Source: an uncultured virus (IMG/VR IMGVR_UViG_3300011211_000031)
Lineage: Duplodnaviria > Heunggongvirae > Uroviricota > Caudoviricetes
Direction: 5' to 3' (one strand)
DNA length: 64,000 bases
Virus record (IMG/VR): IMGVR_UViG_3300011211_000031
Span: 1-64,000 of that record
Numbering within the stretch: position 1 is the first letter of the stretch; each line of letters begins with the position of its first letter. The notes beneath the pieces were generated by a model. It worked only from the letters and a program-made list of their open reading frames with translations. It was not told where the DNA came from and searched no databases. Made by a program: the position numbers and the translations under genes. This document shows positions 17,874 to 26,978 of this stretch, piece after piece.

Positions 17874-17958
17874 GGGGTGCGTTGCCAGATGGGCGCTGGG
17901 CCGGACTGTAAATCCGGCGTCTTCGACTCGCGTGGTTCAACTCCACGGCACCCCACCA
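17874..17958 (+). tRNA. tRNA-Tyr(GTA), atypical
   Basis: GGGGTGC/GCACCCC acceptor + ACCA; CCGGA-CTGTAAA-TCCGG anticodon arm; long variable arm; CGTGG-TTCAACT-CCACG T arm. Confidence 0.8.
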
Positions 17959-17974
17959 TCACCGGTCCGCTGGC

Positions 17975-18015
17975 GTAAACATAAATGTTTACATGTAAGC
18001 AAAATTGTGTATAAT
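17975..18015 (+). promoter_or_regulatory. hicAB promoter and operator
   Basis: Palindrome GTAAACAT-AA-ATGTTTAC 17975-17992 overlapping TTTACA; TATAAT 18010-18015. Confidence 0.7.
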
Positions 18016-18044
18016 TGCCTCCAACGACACAACAACGGAGGCTG

Positions 18045-18230
18045 ATGAAGACAAGCGAGTTCAGGCGGTGGTTGCAGTCCCGAGGCGTGGTGATGAAGGA
18101 AGGATCCAATCACACCAAGCTGTATCACCAAGGGAAGCAGTCAACCATGCCACGGAACGCTGCAGAGATGAAAGAAGGCACACGGAAGGCCATCCTCAAG
18201 CAGCTAGGCATCAAGGACCCGCCCCGATAA
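18045..18230 (+). CDS. hicA: HicA toxin
   Basis: SEFRRWL..RG....EGSNH.KL....K....P.....E...GT...ILKQLG. Confidence 0.9.
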   Translation: MKTSEFRRWLQSRGVVMKEGSNHTKLYHQGKQSTMPRNAAEMKEGTRKAILKQLGIKDPPR

Positions 18231-18268
18231 GGGGCGGTAATCTTGGGCTCGCATGTTCATCTGATCAC

Positions 18269-18691
18269 ATGCTCTATCCAGCAAAATTGGCGCCGGAGGA
18301 CGGCGGGTTCGTGGTTACGTTCCGGGACATCCCGGAGGCGGTCACGCAGGGTGATACGAGGGAGGAGGCCATCTCAATGGCAGCCGATGCCCTCGCAACC
18401 GCAATGGACTTCTACTTCGAAGATCGGCGCCCAGTGCCTGCTCCGTCGGAGGTCAGGCGCGGGGAGGTGGGCATTGCCCTGCCCACGGGATTCTCTGCCA
18501 AGGTCCTGCTGCTCAACGAAATGCTTGCCCAGGGGGTCACACCCGCCGAGCTTGCCAGGCGGCTGGGAACGTCGCCCCAGGTGGTGAACCGGATCGTAGA
18601 CACAAGCCACGCCACGAAGATCGACACGATCGATGATGCGTTGCGTGCGCTGGGTGCTCGGTTGGACCTGACGATCCATCGGGCAGCATAG
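18269..18691 (+). CDS. hicB: HicB antitoxin with C-terminal HTH
   Basis: GGFVVTFRDIPEAVTQGDTREEA; AELARRLGTSPQ. Confidence 0.92.
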   Translation: MLYPAKLAPEDGGFVVTFRDIPEAVTQGDTREEAISMAADALATAMDFYFEDRRPVPAPSEVRRGEVGIALPTGFSAKVLLLNEMLAQGVTPAELARRLGTSPQVVNRIVDTSHATKIDTIDDALRALGARLDLTIHRAA

Positions 18692-18778
18692 ACCGCCGTT
18701 CCAGGACTACGGGGATCCCCGTATTTTCATCGGTTGAACATCGAAGGCCCCGCCATCACCGGCGGGGCCTTTCCATTT

Positions 18779-18853
18779 GCGGGCCTGGCCGAGTGGCTCA
18801 GGCATCAGCCTTCCAAGCTGACCACATGGGTTCGAATCCCATGGCCCGCTCCA
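18779..18853 (+). tRNA. tRNA-Gly(TCC)
   Basis: GCGGGCC/GGCCCGC + TCCA; TCAGC-CTTCCAA-GCTGA; ATGGG-TTCGAAT-CCCAT. Confidence 0.92.
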
Positions 18854-18974
18854 TCTACGCCCGCTTACCCCAACCGGATCAACCCTCGTGCCCAGCCGGG
18901 AGCGGGGCGGGCACCCATACCCCGAGCGAGGTTCTGCCCCAGGGCGGTGATCGCTCACCCACACCGAGGCGCGC

Positions 18975-19553
18975 ATGGCTCAGATCACACCCCAACAGGC
19001 CGGCGGCGTGAAAGTCGTGGCCTTCCTCGACATGCTCGCCTGGTCCGAGGGCACGGATAACGGGAGACAGCCCACGAGGGACCGCGGCTACGATGTGCTG
19101 GTGGGTGGACAAATGTACACCGGCTACGCAGATCACCCCCGGGTGCTGGTGGACCTGCCCAGGCTGGGCATCCAGTCGACTGCGGCAGGGCGCTACCAGC
19201 TCCTGCGCCGCTACTTCGACGCCTACCGCAAGTCGTTGGGCCTCAAGGACTTCACCCCTCTGAGTCAGGATCTGATTGCCCTGCAGCAGATCCGGGAGCG
19301 CAGGGCGCTTCCGCTGATCCAAGCCGGCAAGATCGCCGAGGCAATCACTGCCGTCCGGAACATCTGGGCCAGCCTGCCCGGCGCCGGGTACGGGCAGCAT
19401 GAGCACAAGCTGGATCAACTCCTTTCCGTGTTCGAACTGGCCAGGGTTGCTGCTGAGCGGGGCCAGCCTGCCGATTTCACCAGGGTGACGTCCAGCGTCG
19501 ATTCCACCGCTGAGATTGTGAGGGCGGGAACGCCCAAGGACGGCATGAAGTGA
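18975..19553 (+). CDS. Endolysin, lambda R-type transglycosylase
   Basis: AFLDMLAWSEGT, STAAGRYQLL, WASLPGAGYGQ. Confidence 0.93.
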   Translation: MAQITPQQAGGVKVVAFLDMLAWSEGTDNGRQPTRDRGYDVLVGGQMYTGYADHPRVLVDLPRLGIQSTAAGRYQLLRRYFDAYRKSLGLKDFTPLSQDLIALQQIRERRALPLIQAGKIAEAITAVRNIWASLPGAGYGQHEHKLDQLLSVFELARVAAERGQPADFTRVTSSVDSTAEIVRAGTPKDGMK

Positions 19554-20005
19554 CTGAGCCCGTAAGCACGCTCAAGACCGCCGTGGGCACCTTCACCGCT
19601 GTGGTGATTGGCCCGGCGACGGCGGACGCCCTCCGGCAGGCAGAGCGGGTCATCCTCGGTGTACCTCAGTCGGTGCTGCTGGTGGCCATTGCCGGTGCAC
19701 TCATCGGCGTGCTGCTGCTGCCGGAGAGGGACGCAGAGCGGGTGTCTGCCGATGCAGCCCGCCCGCGTGGGCGTCGCTGGATGCAGAGCGGCACCCGCCT
19801 GCTCGCCTTGGCCGTCGCGGTCATCGCCTACGCAATCCTCGCTGCCTGGGTCATCGCTGTCGCAGGCTTCTGGTTCCCCTCACTCGCCGGCGCGCCGCAG
19901 CTGCCATTGGCAGGCATTTCCGGAGTCGTCATCCGCCGCCTGCTGCCGAGCTACCTCAAACTGGTAGAGCGGGCGACTGGCGCAAATGGAGGCACGTCCC
20001 CATGA
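19550..20005 (+). CDS. Putative holin
   Basis: Several transmembrane segments, within the lysis cassette. Confidence 0.65.
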   Translation: MTEPVSTLKTAVGTFTAVVIGPATADALRQAERVILGVPQSVLLVAIAGALIGVLLLPERDAERVSADAARPRGRRWMQSGTRLLALAVAVIAYAILAAWVIAVAGFWFPSLAGAPQLPLAGISGVVIRRLLPSYLKLVERATGANGGTSP

Positions 20006-20484
20006 ACAGCGTTCTGCAACTGCTCTCCGCCCTCTGGGCCCTGATCGTCGGCTGGCTTATCGGCATAGTTCAGTGGCTGAGAAAGCCCGGCAGCCTCGTG
20101 AAGGTCTTCTGCGCAGTGCTGGCATTCGGGTGTCTCGTGTCCGGCTTGACCGCCTACGAGCGGGAGCAGCGGATCCAAGAGCTCAGCGCGCAAGTGGTCA
20201 AGGTCAAGGCTGATTGGCGTGCGGATGCCGACCGCCTGCAGGCCGACGTGGACGCAAGAGACGCCAGGCTCGCCGAGGTGGCCAGCACCCTGCGGGCAGA
20301 AGCCGAGAAGCTCGAGCGCCTCAGGGCGGAGAGCGCGCAGGCGCTGAAAGAGCTGGCTGGAAAGATCGAGGCATCTGAGAAGGACGTCTCCACCTGGCGC
20401 GAGCGGTACGAAGAGCGTCCTGACACATGCCAAGCAGCCTTGGAGCTGTTGGATTCGGCCTGCCCGGCGTTAAAGGGGTACTGA
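20002..20484 (+). CDS. Putative i-spanin (Rz-like)
   Basis: N-terminal TM followed by a long coiled coil with C-terminal Cys. Confidence 0.75.
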   Translation: MNSVLQLLSALWALIVGWLIGIVQWLRKPGSLVKVFCAVLAFGCLVSGLTAYEREQRIQELSAQVVKVKADWRADADRLQADVDARDARLAEVASTLRAEAEKLERLRAESAQALKELAGKIEASEKDVSTWRERYEERPDTCQAALELLDSACPALKGY

Positions 20485-20485
20485 T

Positions 20486-20764
20486 ATGCGCATCGTATTC
20501 ATCGCAATATTGGCCAACCTGGCCGCCTGCAGTAGTGCGCCCCCGAGGGGGCAGCCTCCAGCGCAGGTGCCAGCGGTGGTCAAGGTTCCCGTCGCCACCT
20601 ACGTACCCATTCCGCAACGCCTGACGAGCCGGTGTGCTTGGGAGCGGAGCGGCGAGCCTTCCCAGGTATTTTCGGTGAGCAATGGGAGACGGCGCTGCCT
20701 CCTTCAGTACGAGGCCCAGTTCGACGCCGTCGAGCAGGTGCAGGGGAAGCCTGTGCCGGAGTAG
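20486..20764 (+). CDS. Putative o-spanin lipoprotein (Rz1-like)
   Basis: Lipobox LAAC, Pro-rich, two further Cys. Confidence 0.75.
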   Translation: MRIVFIAILANLAACSSAPPRGQPPAQVPAVVKVPVATYVPIPQRLTSRCAWERSGEPSQVFSVSNGRRRCLLQYEAQFDAVEQVQGKPVPE

Positions 20765-21050
20765 GAGAGGAAGGCCACTCCTTCCTGATGCGGATTGCCG
20801 CGAGGGCACAGCTGAGGAAGTAGTAGGTGGCACGGAACGTGTGGTGGAAGTCTTCAGGGTTCATGGTAGTTAGTCGGTTCCTTTCTGTTCGCTGTACGTG
20901 TCCCAAAACTCGCGGGCGTTGGTGCGCATAGGTTTCCCAGCTGCGCCATTACGATCCACTTGCAGGATTTCCGATGGCACGAGAATCGTGCTCGACCCTG
21001 CCCGGGCGATCCACTTGCGGGATTTCCGCGCCAGCCAGAGCGGTGCCCCT

Positions 21051-21671
21051 ATGAGTCGCCCAGTGCCCTCAGCCGACCTACACGACATCGACCTGGAAGA
21101 CATGGCCATGCGGTTCCGGCCTGCTCCCGACGTCTGGCAGTGGATAGAGGCAGAGGTGCTGTCCGAGGATGGGAACCTCCACAACCCCGATCACCTGCAC
21201 CTGCAGGGCGCCGACGTCGGCATCCTCTGGGCGGGCACCAGCTTCACCAAGCAGGGTAGGACGGTGGTGGGGCAGGCCGAGCTGGTCGCCTTCCGGGCAG
21301 GTGGGTGGCAGAAGGCCCGCATGGAGCGCCAGATGGTGGACTGGTTCGGGCATGTCCCCGAGGTGGTGATCACCCTGGCAGCGGACCACTGCTCCCAGTG
21401 CAGCGACACCGAGTTCTGCGCGCTGGTGGAGCACGAGCTGTACCACGTGGCCCAAGAGATCGATCAGTACGGAGCGCCGAAGTTCAGGCGGGACGGAACA
21501 GCCGCGCTCACCATGCGTGCCCACGACGTTGAAGAGTTCGTGGGTGTGGTCCGTCGCTATGGGGCAGGGACCGAGGTCCAGCGCCTCATCGACGCAGCCA
21601 AGGGGCCGCCTGAGGTGGCCAGACTCGATATCGCCCGGTCCTGTGGGACGTGCCTGCTCAGGGCCGCCTGA
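21051..21671 (+). CDS. Putative phage metallopeptidase
   Basis: ALVEHELYH and HDVEEF motifs. Confidence 0.8.
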   Translation: MSRPVPSADLHDIDLEDMAMRFRPAPDVWQWIEAEVLSEDGNLHNPDHLHLQGADVGILWAGTSFTKQGRTVVGQAELVAFRAGGWQKARMERQMVDWFGHVPEVVITLAADHCSQCSDTEFCALVEHELYHVAQEIDQYGAPKFRRDGTAALTMRAHDVEEFVGVVRRYGAGTEVQRLIDAAKGPPEVARLDIARSCGTCLLRAA

Positions 21672-21701
21672 CCTGACTGGGCCTGACAAGGTTCCCAGCC
21701 A

Positions 21702-22175
21702 ATGCCCGCCCTCAGTCCCGACATCAAGACCTTCATCGTCCAGCAGCTGGCGTGCTTTGACACCCCCACGCAGGTGGTGGATGCCGTCAAGAGCGAGTAT
21801 GGGCAGGTGGTGTCGCGCCAGGTGGTGGAAGGTCACGACCCCACAAAGAAGGCTGGCCAGAAGCTGGCGAAGCGCTGGGTTGACCTGTTCACCGAGACCC
21901 GGGAGCGATTCAAGACCGAGACGGCGGACATCCCCATCGCGAACAAGGCCTACCGGCTGCGGGCGCTGCACCGCATGGCTGTGCGGGCCGAGGGCATCAA
22001 GAATCTGGCACTCGCCGCCCAGCTCATGGAGCAGGCAGCCAAAGAGACAGGCGGGGCCTATACGAACAAGCAGCAGCTGGAGCACAGCGGCCCGAACGGA
22101 GCACCCATCCAGAGCGCGGACATGACGCCGGGCCGGTTCCGTGACGTGGCGCGGGGGCTTATGGAGGACGTGTGA
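21702..22175 (+). CDS. terS: Terminase small subunit (DUF2280)
   Basis: FIVQQLACFDTPTQV...IPIANKAYRLRAL; precedes terL. Confidence 0.85.
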   Translation: MPALSPDIKTFIVQQLACFDTPTQVVDAVKSEYGQVVSRQVVEGHDPTKKAGQKLAKRWVDLFTETRERFKTETADIPIANKAYRLRALHRMAVRAEGIKNLALAAQLMEQAAKETGGAYTNKQQLEHSGPNGAPIQSADMTPGRFRDVARGLMEDV

Positions 22176-22176
22176 C

Positions 22177-23586
22177 GTGACCGAGCTGACCGCCGAACAG
22201 AAGGTGGTCGCTGCGGAACTGGCGCGCGAGGACTTCTACTTCTTCAGCCGCTACACCTTCCTGCGGAAGAAAAACTTCCCATGGATGAAGGCCAAGCACC
22301 ACGCGCAGCTTTGTGCCGCGCTCAATCGCGTCTACCGCGGCGAGTGCAAGCGCCTGGTGATCAACCTGCCGCCCCGGTACTCCAAGACCGAGCTGGCGGT
22401 GGTGAACTGGATTGCGTGGTGCCTGGGTAAGGTGCCGGATTCGGAGTTCATCCACATCAGCTACGCCGCGCCGCTGGCGCTGAACAACAGCTCCAATGCC
22501 CGTGAGTTGGTGCAGCACGAGGTCTACAGGGAGATATTCCCCGAGCTGGAGCTGCGCAAGGACAGCAGCGCGAAGGGTGACTGGCGGACCACGAAGGGTG
22601 GGGTGGTGTATGCCACCGGCGCCGGCGGCACCGTCACTGGCTTCGGCGCAGGCAAGGCCCGGCCAGGCTTCGGTGGCGCCATCATCATCGATGACCCGCA
22701 CAAGCCGGACGAGGCAGGCAGCGACAAGGTCCGTGGCGGGGTCCTGGACTGGTTCAACAACACCCTGCAGTCGCGCGTGAACAGCGCCGACACCCCGATC
22801 ATCGTGATCATGCAGCGGCTGCACGAGGGTGACCTCGCAGGCTGGCTGCTGGGCAGGAAGCCCGGGCAGCCCCCAGCGCCCGGCGGCAATGGTGAGGTTT
22901 GGGAACATGTCTGCTTTGAGGCCCTCTCCGAAGAGGGCGAAGCGCTGTGGCCGGAAAAGCACAGCGTCACGGACCTTCTGCGCATGCAGGAGGCCATGCC
23001 CTATGTGTTTGCAGGGCAGTACCAGCAGCGACCTTCGCCACTCGCCGGCGGCATCATCAAGGCCGGCAGGATCGAGATCGTGGATGCCCTGCCAACCGGC
23101 CTGCGCATGCTGCGGGGGTGGGATCTAGCGGCCACCAAGGATGCGGGGGACTGGACGGCCGGTGCGAAGCTGGCCCGCGACAAAGATGGGCTGATCTACA
23201 TCGTGAACGTCGTCCGAGAGCGCGGCGGTCCCGACGAAGTGGAGAAGCTGGTCGTCAACACGGCGAAGGCCGACCGCTGCAAGCAGTCGCTGCCGCAGGA
23301 TCCGGGTCAGGCAGGCAAGGCGCAGGCCGCGTACCTCGGCAAGAAGCTGGTTGGGGTGCCTTTCGAGTTCACCACTGAGACGGGCGACAAGGTCACGCGC
23401 GCTTCGCCGCTGGCCGCACAGATCAACGTAGGGAACGTCCGCATGCTCCGGGCCGAGTGGAACGAGAAGCTGCTGGACGAGTTCCGCATGTTCCCCAACG
23501 GCAACAACGATGACCAGGTGGACGGGTGCGCGCGCGCATTCAACGCCATGGGCGGCAGCAACTACAACCTCGGGAACGCGCTCTGA
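22177..23586 (+). CDS. terL: Terminase large subunit
   Basis: NLPPRYSKT Walker A, IIIDDP Walker B, GWDLA and DDQVD nuclease motifs. Confidence 0.95.
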   Translation: MTELTAEQKVVAAELAREDFYFFSRYTFLRKKNFPWMKAKHHAQLCAALNRVYRGECKRLVINLPPRYSKTELAVVNWIAWCLGKVPDSEFIHISYAAPLALNNSSNARELVQHEVYREIFPELELRKDSSAKGDWRTTKGGVVYATGAGGTVTGFGAGKARPGFGGAIIIDDPHKPDEAGSDKVRGGVLDWFNNTLQSRVNSADTPIIVIMQRLHEGDLAGWLLGRKPGQPPAPGGNGEVWEHVCFEALSEEGEALWPEKHSVTDLLRMQEAMPYVFAGQYQQRPSPLAGGIIKAGRIEIVDALPTGLRMLRGWDLAATKDAGDWTAGAKLARDKDGLIYIVNVVRERGGPDEVEKLVVNTAKADRCKQSLPQDPGQAGKAQAAYLGKKLVGVPFEFTTETGDKVTRASPLAAQINVGNVRMLRAEWNEKLLDEFRMFPNGNNDDQVDGCARAFNAMGGSNYNLGNAL

Positions 23587-25370
23587 TGGGCAAGCTCGCA
23601 CAATTACGGGACGGGCTGGTCAACCTGGTTGCCAACCTAGGCACGCCGCGCGACAAGGCGGTGGCCACCGCCTACGGTCTCCCGATGCTCTCCGAGCAGG
23701 ATGCACAGAACGCCTACCGCGGCACTTGGCTGGCCCGTAAGGTGATCGACATCCCGGCCATGGACAGCTGCCGGAAGTGGCGCGGCTGGAGCGCCGACCA
23801 GGCGCAGATCAGCGCGATCGAAGCGGAGGAGAAGCGCCTAGGGGTGCAGCAGAAGACCCTTGAGGCGATGATCCGTGCCCGTCTAGCCGGCGGCGCCGCG
23901 CTGTACATCGGGACCGGCAACAGCGACCCGATGCAGCCCCTGCGCCCGGAGAGCATCGGAAAGGGTGGGATTCGCCACCTCAACGTGCTGTCGAAGCGGG
24001 TGCTGCAGGGGGGCGAACTTGACCGGGACCCCGAGTCGCCCGGCTACGGCCGCCCGGCCTTCTACAACCTGAGCAGCGGCACCGATGGGCAGCTTCGCAT
24101 CCACCCCTCGCGCCTGGTGATCTTCCACGGTGCGCCAAAGCCGGATCCCGAGCTGGACACGGGTGATGGCTGGGGCGATTCAGTGCTGATGGCGATCAGC
24201 CGCGCCCTGAAGGATGCCGATGCCACGACCGCGAACATCGCGTCCATGGTGTTCGAGGCCAAGGTCGACGTCATCAAGATCCCGGACTTCATGGAGAAGC
24301 TCGCGGATCCGGAGTTCGAACAGCAGATGCTGCAGCGCCTGCAGCTGGCCATGATGGCCAAGGGCATCAACGGCACCCTGATCATGGATGCTGCCGAAGA
24401 GTACGAGCAGAAGCAGCTCCAGTTCGGCGGCCTCACGGACGTGCTGATGTCCTTCATGCAGATGGCCTCGGGCGCAGCAGATATCCCGATGACCCGGCTG
24501 ATGAGCCAGTCACCTGGAGGCCTCAACGCCACCGGCGAGAGCGACCTGCGGAACTACTACGACCGGATCAGCTCGGGCCAGGAGCTGGTGCTGAGCCCGG
24601 CTCTGCAGGTGCTGGATGAGTGCCTGATCCGTTCCGCGCTCGGCACCCGTCCGAAAGAGGTGTTCTACAACTGGCGCAGCCTGTGGCAGACCACCGACAA
24701 GGAGCGGGCCGAGATTGGCAAGACCACCGCCGAGAGCATCAAGATCGTGGCGGAATCGAAGCTGATCCCCGACGACGTGATGACCACGGTGGCGGTGAAC
24801 ATGCTCACCGAAGCGGGCGTCGCGCCCGGGCTGGAAGCGGAGATGGCTGAGTACGCGCTGTCGGCGCCCGAAGGCGACGACCTGGAAGACGACGAAGAGA
24901 GGCGGGCTGCGGCCACGCCGGTTGTCGATGCGGCACCTCGGTCGCTATATGTCCGCCGCGACGTCCAGAACGTCGGCGAGATCGCTGCCTGGGCGAGGGA
25001 GCAGGGCATCACAGACCTGCGCGACGACCTGCACGTCACCATCGTCCACTCCAGCCAAGCATTCGACTGGATGAAGGCGGGCAACGCCAATGACTGGGGT
25101 TCTGACGGCAGGGATGAGCTCGTGATCCCCGAGGGTGGCCCGCGCGCGGTCGAGCCGCTGGGTGGCATGTCGGCCGTGATCCTGTTCGCTTCCTCCCAGC
25201 TGGTCTGGCGCCACGAAAGCATCATCCGCGCGGGTGGGTCTCACGACTTCGAGGACTACACGCCGCACATCAGCCTGACGAAGGCACCCACCGACCTCTC
25301 CAAGGTCGAGCCGTACCGAGGCCGCATTGTGCTCGGGCCGGAAATCTTCGAAGAGCTCCGCGAGGACTGA
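23586..25370 (+). CDS. Portal protein (DUF1073) fused to C-terminal Acb1-like 2H phosphoesterase
   Basis: Portal motifs IHPSRL, ADIPMTRL, GESDLRNYYD; acidic linker; then SLYV...LHVTIVHS...HDFEDYTPHISL. Confidence 0.88.
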   Translation: MGKLAQLRDGLVNLVANLGTPRDKAVATAYGLPMLSEQDAQNAYRGTWLARKVIDIPAMDSCRKWRGWSADQAQISAIEAEEKRLGVQQKTLEAMIRARLAGGAALYIGTGNSDPMQPLRPESIGKGGIRHLNVLSKRVLQGGELDRDPESPGYGRPAFYNLSSGTDGQLRIHPSRLVIFHGAPKPDPELDTGDGWGDSVLMAISRALKDADATTANIASMVFEAKVDVIKIPDFMEKLADPEFEQQMLQRLQLAMMAKGINGTLIMDAAEEYEQKQLQFGGLTDVLMSFMQMASGAADIPMTRLMSQSPGGLNATGESDLRNYYDRISSGQELVLSPALQVLDECLIRSALGTRPKEVFYNWRSLWQTTDKERAEIGKTTAESIKIVAESKLIPDDVMTTVAVNMLTEAGVAPGLEAEMAEYALSAPEGDDLEDDEERRAAATPVVDAAPRSLYVRRDVQNVGEIAAWAREQGITDLRDDLHVTIVHSSQAFDWMKAGNANDWGSDGRDELVIPEGGPRAVEPLGGMSAVILFASSQLVWRHESIIRAGGSHDFEDYTPHISLTKAPTDLSKVEPYRGRIVLGPEIFEELRED

Positions 25371-25373
25371 ACC

Positions 25374-26495
25374 ATGTTTCTTACTGACCGCGTCTCCGTA
25401 TCGGCTCCACGCCGTACCGCAGACGGCTACCTCGTGGCCGACGTCAAGGTGGCTCGCACCGGCGTGCAGGACTACCTCGGCAGCGAGCTGGGGAAGCCGG
25501 ACATCCCCATCGTCAGGCTGTATCGGCCGCCGGAAGAGGTCTTCTCGCAGGATGCGATGACCAGTTACGCGTATCGGCCGGCAACTGTCGATCATCCGGC
25601 GCACATGGTCGATGCGAACACCTGGAAGGCGGTGTCGGCGGGCCAGACCGGCGGCGAAGTGGTCCGCGACGGCGAGTTCGTCCGGGTGCCGCTGGTGCTG
25701 ATGGATGGCGCCGCGATTAAGGCCTATGAATCCGGCAAGCGCGAGCTGTCCATGGGCTACACCGCAGAGATCGTTTTCCGCGATGGCGTCACGCCTGACG
25801 GCCAGCCCTATGACGCGGTGCAGACGAACCTCCGCATGAACCACCTCGCCCTGGTCGACAAGGCCCGGGGCGGTGCACAGCTTCGCATCGGGGACGGGGG
25901 CGCCCCTGGTGCTCCGGATCCCGGCCCCCATCACCACCAGAAGGAACCAACCATGAGCGACAAGACCATCCTGGTCGATGGGCTGTCCGTCGTGACCAAC
26001 GACGCCGGCGCACAGGCCATCGGCAAGCTGCAGGCGCAGCTGAAGGACGCGCAGACCGCGCAGGCGTCCGCTGACCACACCCACCAGGCAGCCATCGCTG
26101 TGAAGGATGCCGAGATCGCCAAGCGCGATGCCGAGATCGACGCCCTGAAGGGTCAGGTGCTCAGCGACGCGGCGCTGGATCAGCGCGTGCAGCAGCGCGG
26201 CGACCTGATCGGCAAGGCCAAGGCCATCCACGACGCCGACTACAGCGGCAAGACCGATGCCGAAGTCCGCAAGGCAGCAGTGGTCGCCAAGTTGGGCGAT
26301 GCCGCGATCGCCGGCAAGCCGGATGCCTACATCGAGGCGCGCTTCGACATCCTGGTCGATGGCGCTAAGCCGCGCGACCCGGTGGCGCAGGCGATGCGCG
26401 ACAGCGCCTCCCAGCGCACGCCGGTCAATGACAACGGCTGGGCAGCTTCGGTTGCCGGCCTGGACTACCGCACCGCTGGCCACAAGGAGGCCTAA
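25374..26495 (+). CDS. DUF2213 prohead protease/scaffold
   Basis: DGYLVA...ARTGVQDY, ELSMGY, NHLALV..ARGG. Confidence 0.88.
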   Translation: MFLTDRVSVSAPRRTADGYLVADVKVARTGVQDYLGSELGKPDIPIVRLYRPPEEVFSQDAMTSYAYRPATVDHPAHMVDANTWKAVSAGQTGGEVVRDGEFVRVPLVLMDGAAIKAYESGKRELSMGYTAEIVFRDGVTPDGQPYDAVQTNLRMNHLALVDKARGGAQLRIGDGGAPGAPDPGPHHHQKEPTMSDKTILVDGLSVVTNDAGAQAIGKLQAQLKDAQTAQASADHTHQAAIAVKDAEIAKRDAEIDALKGQVLSDAALDQRVQQRGDLIGKAKAIHDADYSGKTDAEVRKAAVVAKLGDAAIAGKPDAYIEARFDILVDGAKPRDPVAQAMRDSASQRTPVNDNGWAASVAGLDYRTAGHKEA

Positions 26496-26498
26496 GCC

Positions 26499-26966
26499 AT
26501 GGCACTGCAGAACACCTACAACGACAACCAGGCGGCCGCCATCGCCGGTGCGCCGGCGACCATGCTCCCGGCTACCGAAATCTCCAGGACCGTCGAGGGC
26601 GCCGCCATTGCGTTCGGCAAGGCCGTCGAGCAGGGCGCGACCGACAAGGCTGTCAGGGCATTCGCTGGCGGCAAGTACGTCGGGTTGGCGCAGCTCGACC
26701 GCTCGGCCTCGGGCCTGACGGTTACCGATGGTCAGGTCACCGGGCGTGCTACCGATGCCTTCGGCATCGGGGAATCGGCGCGTGTCCGTACGAAGGGCGA
26801 CCTGTGGGTCGTCGCTGCCGTCGCTGTGGATGCTGGCGACGGCGTGTACCTCACCGACGCCGGGGCATTCACCAATGCCGAGGCTGACAACACCGCCATC
26901 CCCGGCGCTCGCTGGGACACCAGCACCACCGCGGCAGGCCAGCTGGCCGTCGTCCGTCTCGGCTAA
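26499..26966 (+). CDS. Head decoration/cement protein
   Basis: IAFGKAV, GDLWV; lies between protease and capsid. Confidence 0.75.
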   Translation: MALQNTYNDNQAAAIAGAPATMLPATEISRTVEGAAIAFGKAVEQGATDKAVRAFAGGKYVGLAQLDRSASGLTVTDGQVTGRATDAFGIGESARVRTKGDLWVVAAVAVDAGDGVYLTDAGAFTNAEADNTAIPGARWDTSTTAAGQLAVVRLG

Positions 26967-26978
26967 GGAGCCAACCCA

